A DNA stretch of 64,000 nt from Cycas panzhihuaensis (lineage: Eukaryota > Plantae > Cycadophyta). The stretch is from positions 198,407,741-198,471,740 of the forward strand of contig CM041465.1 of assembly GCA_023213395.1 (NCBI GenBank), in the 5' to 3' direction. A program made the position numbers and the translations under genes. Shown one piece after another: positions 54,066-64,000 of the stretch. Numbering within the stretch: position 1 is the stretch's first letter; the number at the start of each line of letters is the position of its first letter. Below the pieces are notes generated by a model. The model was not told the DNA's origin and did no database searches. It worked only from the letters and a program-made list of their open reading frames with translations.

Positions 54066-54098
<33 letters not shown>
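54066..54098. repeat. (TA)n microsatellite in the SWEET copy B upstream region
   Basis: Pure TA run; shorter and interrupted at the copy A site (~20600). Confidence 0.9.
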
Positions 54099-54103
<5 letters not shown>

Positions 54104-54471
54104 GCGGAGAAAATTTTTAAAGTATATATAACATATATATATATTTGGAGAAAATTGACTTTAATATTTTATGTGCTAGAGGGATCCCACTTTCGGATTT
54201 CTATTGCGGTAATCCCCACTTTAATTGACAGCAATCACGAAGGAACAGAACGAGTGACTTTTCTCTTGGCACTTGGAGCTCTGGCAAAGTTCGTCATGCT
54301 GCAGATGCACTTTTCTCTACGTATTGAAATCTTTTACGTGGTGCAAATCCAGTGGCCACTCGACTGTATTTTACAGACGTGAAATTTCCATTCACACACA
54401 ATCACAACCGAGGTTCTGAAAATATCTTCAATTCGGGGCGTTGGACTCGAGCGGTACCTACAATTTGTTTG

Positions 54472-55933
54472 ATGGCGAATTTTAGCTTCATTCTTGGAGT
54501 TACCGGTAAGATAATACCCCTTCCTTGAACGCGCAATTTATAAGCTTCAGTAATTATTCTATTGAACCGTCGCAGTTTATCAAATTTGTCCTCGGGGCAT
54601 TAAAATGATTCGTACTATAAATATATATCGTCTGATTCTGTTCCAGGAAACGTGCTATCGCTCTTGGTTTTCTTCTCGCCAATGTAAGTTCACATACTAA
54701 TTGCGATGAATTAGCGCTCTGAAATCATTGTGCCTGTGGTTTGGGATATTCTGTTTAGATTTGTAACGCGTTGTGTTGAAGATTTCGGTTGACAGGAAAA
54801 CATTCTGGCGGATAGTGAAAAACAAATCGACGGAGAATTTCAAAGTGTTACCTTACGTCTGCACGCTGCTAAGCACTTCCCTTTGGACATATTATGGATT
54901 ACTCAAGCCCGGCGGGTTGCTGATAGTTACGGTTAATGGGGCAGGTGCTGCAATGGAGGCGATCTTCGTGACTCTGTATCTTATATATGCTCCCAGAGAA
55001 CGCAAGGCAAGTAATAGTTGATAAGATAGAATTAATTAAATAATTATTTTCATTGCATATAGAGAGTCCCTTGTACCGAATCATTGTGTTTGCACGTATT
55101 TAATTCCGCGTGTTAAAGAAAGCGAGTCAGAATTTAAATATAAATTGTGAGGAGTTCTTATTTGTATTGCAGGTGAAAACCGTTCGCTTAGTGCTGCTTC
55201 TGAACGTAACATTTTTTTGGGGGTGTGTTTTTGGTCACATTTCTGGCATTTCATCATAAGCTGCGGATAAATGCAGTGGGTGCCCTATGCTGTGGGTTCA
55301 CCTTAGGAATGTATGCATCCCCCATGTCCGCCATGGTAGGTTTACGTTTACATTCAACGTCCATTTATATGTAAATACGTATTGATTTCTTATATATTCT
55401 TGAATATGGCGAATGAAAGAGAACCGTCATCCTAACAAAGAGCGTGGAGTTCATGCCATTTTTTCTGTCATTTTTCCTGTTTTTGAATGGAGGAGTTTGG
55501 ACAGCATATGCAGTATTTGTCCGGGACATGTACATTGGGGTTAGTAATATACCGCTTATTTTTTTTCTGATTTACGATTGTGCAATCTAGAAATTGTTTC
55601 ATATGCATGTTCTTTAAAAACTCGATTGAAGTGTGAACCGAGTGCTGTTGGGAATAAAAATTCCTGCAGATCCCAAATGGAATCGGGTTCGTGCTGGGAG
55701 CTGCACAGCTAATTCTGTACGTGAAGTATTATAAAAAGAGAGAGCCCAAGAGTGGAGAAGGGGAAGCAGACGATGAGAAGAAAGCAGGCTCCGTGGACGT
55801 GGAGATGGCAGCTCCTGAAGAAATTGGCAACAAGAAGTGCATCAATAATGGTCTGCAAAACGGATGGAAACATTCACTGGTAAAAGAGCATGGCCATTGT
55901 AATAACCGTCTCCCAGATTGGAGACCGAATTAG
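54472..55933 (+). pseudogene. SWEET16: SWEET16-like paralog with +1 frameshift in exon 4; exons 54472-54505, 54647-54683, 54796-55006, 55173-55335, 55420-55539, 55670-55933
   Basis: Near-identical to copy A with all splice sites kept. T7 at 55212-55218 (T6 in A) makes exon 4 163 nt and brings TAA at 55257-55259. A homopolymer assembly error cannot be excluded. Confidence 0.8.
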
Positions 55934-57420
55934 CAGAGGATGGAGGAGAATGTTGGAGTAGATAAATAACATGGGAGACTCCTCCGACTCCTCCTGCACC
56001 TTCCTGCAAATGATTATGTTGTGAGAATCTATGATAATAAACAAATTGGGCACGCTACGCTCTGGTGGGGAACGTGAATCTAAAGTTCTTGTTGAGAGGA
56101 TAAATCACAATTTGTAATACAACGATAACACTCTAAAAGCATCACAGTCGTAATTAGAAAAGTTTGGGAAAGTTTGTTCCCATGGAAGGGGATGGTGGAG
56201 TGGCCCTTACTGTCGAAATTATTTATGTGAGGAAGCTCAACAATCCTTTGTAAATTTGCTAAGTTTTGAAAATGTTTTTTGTATTTTTTTCTAATTTAAT
56301 GATATCTAAATTACATTATAAAAAATATAGTACAATTTAAAAAGGGTCTTTGAAAAAAAGTCTTAATGCATCTAAAACTACTAGAAGTAGGTGTAATAAA
56401 ACTAAGCACAATAACTTACTCAAGAAACATGCGAGGAGTGACCTCTACCCACAAACCCATTGTAGGAATGCCTCTAGTTAGAGCTAAGAGTGAAAAAGAT
56501 AGCCAATCATTCTATTTCTTGTTTTTTACTAGTTGATAAGGTATTGAAACCTGGGTCAATGATATCATTGGGCTCTTTTCTATGAAGATTGGCAAAGGGA
56601 TAAGGTCCAGTTTAAATAGCTTGTGACCTAAAACATTCTCTCAAGTTGAGAGTTTCTATTAATGAATAGGGTTAAAGGTTGTCCTATTAGAAATAACAAT
56701 TCAACTTCCCTTGAAATTGGAGTGATGGCATGGAGATTATAGAAATGGCTACATTTCCCATCTTATAGTGGAACATCTAGTGATGTGAGAGCATTTGAAA
56801 AATACTAATATGAATGATCAATTTATTGTGGCCATAACTTTTAATTTGGCTGTCTATTTGAGTCTATTTTTTCTTTTTTAAATACTCATCTTCAAAAATT
56901 GAACATTATCATTAAAGGAAGTGACTACTTAATGACTAATTGTCAAAATTTTTAGGTCTCAACAACATTATAAAATGGCCCAAAATTGCATTTTAAAATT
57001 ATTTCTTACTTATATAAAAATTAATGAGTGTTATTTTTTTTAGTAAGGTGATTAATTATATGTAAGTTATGATTTTGGGGGTTTGTTATATGATTAAGTA
57101 TTCATACCACAGTTTTGAACAAATTAACTTTTTTTAAAAAAATTATTAAAACTGATACTAGTTAGGAAGTTATAAAAACATAAATTTTTTAAATTGAGAG
57201 CCTTTTCACTTCAAATTAGAGGAGTAATTTTAGGAGTTAATTGTTAAAATTTTTACACGGCTAGAAATCTTGTATTTGTATATTTTAGATTATAAACAAA
57301 TGAGCTTTTTCAATTTGGGAAAGGAAAATCAAAAGTTTCATGGTGTCGTTTCTCTATGTTAATTGGCTTTGTTTTACTTTGAACTTCTTATTTCCTACCT
57401 ACTTGATTTGAGGATCCACC

Positions 57421-59006
57421 ACTCTATCATTTAACCCTACCTCTACAAAGTAAAGTAATAGACTTAAATGCTCTTATGATGTTATACATATTGAGAAATG
57501 ATTATATATTGGTAAATAGTTACTTTAACATATCTAGAGCCAATGCATTTACTCTTAAACTAACCTTTAACTATAATACAAAAGAAGGCAAGAAGCCAAA
57601 GAAAAGATTAGCGAGAGAAGGAAATTTATTTTTAAAAACATAAGTTCATAGAGATTTTATATACTGACTTATCTCTCACGAACATGAAATAGTAATAAAA
57701 TGGCTTACTCTAATAGTAATTTGTAATGTTTTTTAAGACTAATTGAGCTTATAAAACATATGCAATTGAGCCATATGATTAATGAGCAATATAGCATACT
57801 AACAATATGAAGGGAAATATCATGTGTGCTTTCTATGTGAAATAAAAAAGTCTTTAATAATTCTTACAATAGTATCTATGCATGTTATGACTTTTAGAAG
57901 AGCAATTATTTATTATTTGATTTTTTATTATGTAATAACATAAAAGAAAGGGATGTAAGATGGAATAAAAGCATTTATCTTTTAATGTAAAAAATATAGA
58001 TTACTAAAATGGATTTACCACCTAAGGAACTAGAAATTATTGTTAAGAATATGTCCATATGCTAAGGCATATAAAATGAACTTAAAAGAATAGTTTGATA
58101 GCTTTAAACATTGACCTGTAGGTCATAACACACAAGCTAGAAACCTATCAAACATTGCCCTAATAATGTAATAAGCTCTAAATAATTAATATTTAATTAA
58201 TTGGGAGAAGTCAACTCTATCATTTAAACATACCTTTATCAAGCAAAGTAATAGACTTGAATGATCTTATAATGTTATCCATATTGAGAAATGATTTTAT
58301 ATTGGTAAATAGTTACCTTAACATATTTAAATCCAACACGTTTACTCTTAAACTAGCCTTTAACTATAGTACAAAAGAAGGCAATAAGCCAAAGGAAAAA
58401 TTAGCAAGAGAAGAAGATTCATTTAGGAAAAGATAAGTTCATAGAGATTTTATATAATGACTTGTCTTACATAAACATAAAATAGTAACCCAATGGCTTA
58501 CTCTAACAGTAATTTGTAATGTTCTTTAAGACTAGTTGAGCTTATGAAACATATGCAATTGAGCCATATGACTGATGAGCAATATGACATGCTAATAATA
58601 TGAAGGTCAATATCATGTGTGCTTTCTAAGTGAAATTAAAAACTCTCTAATAATTCTTACAATAATATCTATGCACATTACATCTTATAAAAGAGCAATT
58701 ACTTATCATTTTTTTTTTATTATGTAAGAATGTAAAAGAAACGGATGTAAAATGGAATAAACACATTTGTCTTTTAATGGAAAAAATATAGACTACTCAA
58801 AAGGGATTTGCCACTCAACAAACTAGAAATTATCCTTGAGAATTTGACCCTATGTTAAGGCACATAAAATGAACTTAGAAGAATAGTTTAATGGCTTTAA
58901 GCTTTGATTTATAGGTTGTAACACACAAGCTAGAAACCTATAGAACATCACCCTAATAATGTAATAAGCTCCAAATAATTAATATTTAATTAATTGGGAG
59001 AAGTCA
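57421..59006. repeat. Two-copy tandem repeat, ~793-bp unit (copy B)
   Basis: Units start at 57421 and 58214; orthologous to 24145-25727. Confidence 0.92.
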
Positions 59007-59807
59007 ACTCTATAATTTGTACACACACTATTAAGTAACCTCCTAAGGTTAGTGGCACATAAACATCTAACCGCATGGTTAAGGTGGATGTTGTTAATGT
59101 TAATTACTAATTTGTATGTGTGGGCCATATATGTCTACAATGAGATTAAAAGCCACATGGTTCACTAATAAGTTTTTAGAATAAGCGGTCACTTTTGTCT
59201 ACTTATGGCCAAACATTTATAAAGAGATCTCTTATAATATAATCTTGTCTTGTTAGATTGTACTCATATATATATTATCTATGGGTGTTTTCTAATCTTC
59301 ACTACACTTTTCTCTTATACTTTTTATGTAATATAAGCTAATGAAGTGTTAATAAAGATCTATTATGCTCTCTTTTCTTTCATAAGCTTTTATTGGTATA
59401 AAAATTACTAGTCAAATTCGTATCAAGTGGTAATAGAGTAAGGTGTAGAGATCTGGTGGGAGTATTTGGAAGTTGTAGAAATGGATTTTTTTTTTCCTTG
59501 GTGATTTTTGAAACCTTTCCTTACAAGTAAATTTCATTTTGAAATTTTATTCAATTCCAGTACTCTGTGTTAGTCAACTATAAGTGGGCAGTATAGCCCA
59601 AATCCTTATTCTTAGTTTCCCTTTCCTTAGAGTTTAGGTATAGACCCTATGCTATTAAAGGGGAGATGTCTACTTGCTTTCAGATAATGTTCAAGACTTA
59701 TAAACACCCATAAGACATTCAATCAATGAATATATGAAATAATTGAATTCCTCATAAATGCTCTAAAATATAACGTGCATTAACTCATAATATCAAAGTA
59801 CATTGCA

Positions 59808-62800
59808 TGATAAAAGATTATATAGAAGAAAGCCTTCCATAAAGAACTAAAGAGGTTGTTACAAAGAATACTGAGAATGTTAAATATAAGATCATGCAAG
59901 GTGATAATCAGCACCTTGCATGATTAAACCAACTTTATAATAATTAAATACTAAGAGCAAATAAACCCCCACATATCTAGGTTCACAACATTAAGTTGTG
60001 ACTTAACCCTTTTATGATAAAGAAGCCCTTAATACAAATTATGTACAAATATTACATCAATATAATATAATGGATTCTTGATGAATTAATGAAGCCTATC
60101 ATTAATTCTTCTATTACCCTCCCTTAATGATGAGTTCATTAATTTTGATACTAAGGCCAAGCTGAAAACTTTTGAATTTATCGCAAGAGCATACCTTTAT
60201 AAAGATATTTGTAATCTGATCATTGGTATGCTTATAAATCAAATCTATCTCACCATTCTATATATGCTCGTTAATGAAGTGATGATGAAACTCGATGTGT
60301 TTAATTTTAGCATGGAACACATGATTCTCGGTCAATTTAAGAACACTTTGATTATCATAAAATAATGATGTAGCTTATGTTTGGCTAATTCTAAGCTTTT
60401 TAAGAATCCTCCTAAGCTAGATAGCATCAATAATTGCACTAACAATGACTTTATACTCAATTTCAGTTGAAGATAGAGTGACATTAGACTACTTTTTGTA
60501 ATGTCATGAAACTAAAGCAGAACCCAGGTTAAAATAGTAGCATAAGGTTGATTACCAACTATCTTTGCATCTAGCCTAATCTGCATCAGTGTCACCTATC
60601 AATAAAAGATTTTCCACATGACAGTAATCAAGTCTACACTAAAGAGTACCTCAAAGATATCTAAGAATCCTCATTACTACTTTCTAATATGAAATCTTGG
60701 GTTGTCTCATGAACCTAAAATAGATTCCAATGGCATAGGTAATATCAGGTTGAATATGAGTAAGGTAAATTAATTTTCTCACAAGTTGCTTATACAATAT
60801 AGGATCCATAGGTTTTTCACACTCATCAATGGCTAATTTTAGACTTGACTCCATACGAGTTGGTAATTACTTACATTCATCCACCTTAAATTTTTAAAGA
60901 ATTTCCTTTCTATATTTTGTTGTGAATGGATAAAAATGGCCTGACTCTTACTAAACTTCCATGCTAAGAAAATAATAAAGCAACTCGAGGCCACTCATCT
61001 CAAATTTATTATTCAAATCTCCTTAGAGATGTATAATCCACTTTGTGTAATTATCAATTATTAACAAATCATCAATATAAAGTTAACCAAAGTGATCAAA
61101 CCATTATGGATTCTAATATACAGATTTAGATTTGAAGATGAGCAAATGAGTCCATGCTTTTGAAAGTATTCATCAATCTTTATATACCAAGCATGATGTG
61201 ATTATTTAAGGCCATACAACACCTTTTTTAATTTGTAGACTAGGTGTTCTTTTCTATGAACAATAAATCTAGGAGGTTGATTTATGTATATTTCCTCTTG
61301 CAAGTCACTATTTAAGAAGGTACTTTTTGCATTCATATGGTAAACAAACCAATTGAAATAAGTTTGAAGTACCAAAACAAGCCTTACAATGGTCATGTTG
61401 GCAATTGGTGCAAATGTGTCATCATAATCAATACCTTTAACCCATTTGAAACCTTTGGCAATCAAACATACTTTATGTCATTAAATAGAAACATTTACAT
61501 GAAGTTTTATTTTATAAATATATCTATAATTAATTTGTTTTTTTCTCTTCAAGTAACTCAACAAGTGCTTAAGTATCATTTTGTATGATAGAATCCATTT
61601 CTTTAGTTATTATTGTTTGCCATTTTAGATCTCTAATAAATTCCTCAAAAGTAGATGATTAGGAGATAATAACATTTCTTCCATTAAGGTAAAGGATGAC
61701 TTATATTTTGATTATCTCTTTGCTTGTTATGATGGTAAAGGAGCATAAGAGATTATCTGCATGTATCATTTGGTCAATTGATTTGAAGTAGCCTCATCTT
61801 CAATATCCTTTAAAGGATTGATAGGTGTAGATATAGATGTAGAGGCAAGTGGTGTAGATGATGTACCAAAATTTTATGTTAATGTAGAAGGCATATGTTC
61901 TACAAGAATATTTTGTGAAGTAAGAGGATCAATAATTTTTATTGGATTTCTCACAATGAAGGAATTTTATTGGCTTTCTTGATTCAAGTTTAATGCCATG
62001 CTTAAATTCCTTGAATTTAGTAAAGAGTTTTGATTTCTACTTTAGGAAAGATACCCAAACATTTCTAACATAGTCATTAATAAATGTGATAAAATGACAA
62101 CAACCTCCAAAGAATACTTTAGGTATGAGCCCATAAATGTTTTAATATACTAGACCTAAAGGTTCCTTTACATATTAGGCTCTTCCATCTCACCTAAAAG
62201 GAGCCTAATGATGTTTTCCCATAACACATGCCTCACAAATACATTTAGTCTACTTTATATTTGGTATACCATGCACCATATTTAATTTATAAAGCAGATA
62301 AAGAGTGTTTATATTCAAGTAATCTAGGCATTGATGCCATAATTAGTCTTTTAGAATTTAAGGAGAAACATATGACTTTGAAGTAAATTGATTATTAAAA
62401 TATGATGTTGAAGTAGAAGGATCAAAAGTGCAAGCTAAATTACTACAAGAACTAAATTCATGTGGATCGGATCAATGGTCTAGTTATAACATTAAGATTG
62501 TATAGTCCTTAATCTTCATATCCTAAGGCAATTAAGTTACCATTCAAATCTATAATCAGGCATTTTCTAAAATGGCTAAACAAAACATCAAAGTTTTATT
62601 TATTTATCTAGTTAATTAATAGTAGGTTATGTGTCATTTAGTAAGATGATGTGGAGTATTTGAACTCTTTAATGAGATAAGGACATTACTAATCTTGGTA
62701 ACTTCTAGAGTTCTATCTTCTCCAAAATTGGTATATTAATCCTAAATTGGTCTTATATTAGTGAGTTCTTCTAAACCAATCACATATTGTGAGGCACTTG

Positions 62801-63357
62801 AATCGATCAACTAGGAATGAGTTAATAAAGCAGTGAAGAAATGATTTTAAGAGTTGGCCATGTGGCCTCCTTGATTATGTCTCTAGTTACAATTCCTATT
62901 TTTTTGGTTGCTCTAAGGAGCATTCTAATTTTATCTCCTTAGTCTTTGGTAATTTGGATGATTTTGCCTCTATGGCCCCTGATAATTTTTACATCCATAA
63001 TTTTAATTACCCTGCATAGTGGGGTGATTTTGAAACTATTATTGTTAAAGGTCAACTCTATTTTTTCTTCAGTCAGGTGCTATATGTCTAAATTTACCAC
63101 AATAGTGATAAACAATCTAAGGAATATAAGGTGGTTGAGGCTGACATGACTAATATAACTATTGATTAGTCTATTGTTTCAAATTCATTGGACCAAATTG
63201 ATTTATTAAATATGGATGTTATGGTCTTCCTCTATGCTAGGTTATAAATGTTGGTGTGGAAGAGGAAGCACCTATATTCCCCGAATAATTTAAAATGTAT
63301 TCTTTTAAGAGTAGTAGACCCTCAAATGTGCTAAAATCAATACTATCAAGTCAATCT
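59808..63357 (-). mobile_element. Degenerate Ty1/copia (copy B of 26524-31170) with 3' LTR 59808-60116 and two large deletions
   Basis: RT ORF 61202-61465 (IAKGF..VKGIDYDDTFAPIA...KKVLYGLK) and PPT rc 'ttaagggaggg' next to the LTR. Confidence 0.88.
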
Positions 63358-64000
63358 TTTAAAGTAAAAGATTAAAGTTCATGTTTTAAGTAGTAGAAAC
63401 TTTAAAAAGCCCTAAAAAACTAAAAATTTACCAAAAATAGATTTAAAACATTCCTTAAAAGGCTTTGAAAATGATTAAAATTTGATTAAAAAATAAGTTT
63501 AAGTAATCTAAATATGTGACGAATATACTAATTTGAATAACCTAAAGTTTTTAACTTTATAAATAAAATAAAATAAATAATGGCATTTTGAAAAGACGAT
63601 AACAAAGTTTAGATACTAGCAACTAATTCTTTCTACATAAGCTATGAAATCTCATTTTGTTTTCTCTATTATAAAGAGGACATTTCCAAGGTCAGAATGA
63701 GTGGCCATATGGTATAGTTTCAGTAATCCAATAGTTAGGAAAAAGCATATAAAATCAATAATTATGTCTAAATCTATAATATGAAGTAGATCAATCAAAT
63801 TTAAGTGTTAACAAACTTTGTTTGCATATGTATTACCTCTAAATCTTCTACACCAAGCTTTAATCATCAAACAACCATAAAAAAAGATAAGATTATAGTC
63901 CACCACATAAAAATATAGCCCATAGAAATCATTGTTATATAGATGACAATGTTGTGGAGATCTAGAGAAGAGCACTAGAGATTAAATGAGGCAGTAGCCA

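Larger units (their letters stand above)
40485..64000 (+). repeat. Segmental duplication copy B (continues beyond the window)
   Basis: Collinear with 6833-32340; shorter than A mainly through deletions at ~61945 and ~63357. Confidence 0.95.

Overview
AT-rich, CpG-depleted, repeat-saturated plant nuclear DNA; a large-genome gymnosperm is likely from TE lineages and decay style (inference). The window is dominated by a direct tandem segmental duplication. Copy A spans ~6,830-32,340+ and copy B ~40,480 to past the window end, with an offset of 33,476 bp at the gene start codon. Each copy carries one six-exon clade IV SWEET (SWEET16/17-like) sugar transporter gene among old, deaminated LTR-retrotransposon relics. 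These include a full-length Ty3/gypsy chromovirus with target-site duplication and several Ty1/copia remnants. Copy A (20996-22490) is intact (260 aa) and needs a GC-AG intron 3. Copy B (54472-55933) has a +1 T frameshift in exon 4, predicting a 122-aa half-transporter. Two members of one copia family (1-3122 and 32602-38295) and Tat/Athila-type gypsy fragments, one with an archaeal-type RNase H, lie before each copy. I see no convincing novel multi-gene system. The most interesting biology is the diverging SWEET paralog pair and the history of the duplication. Identity levels quoted are by-eye estimates.
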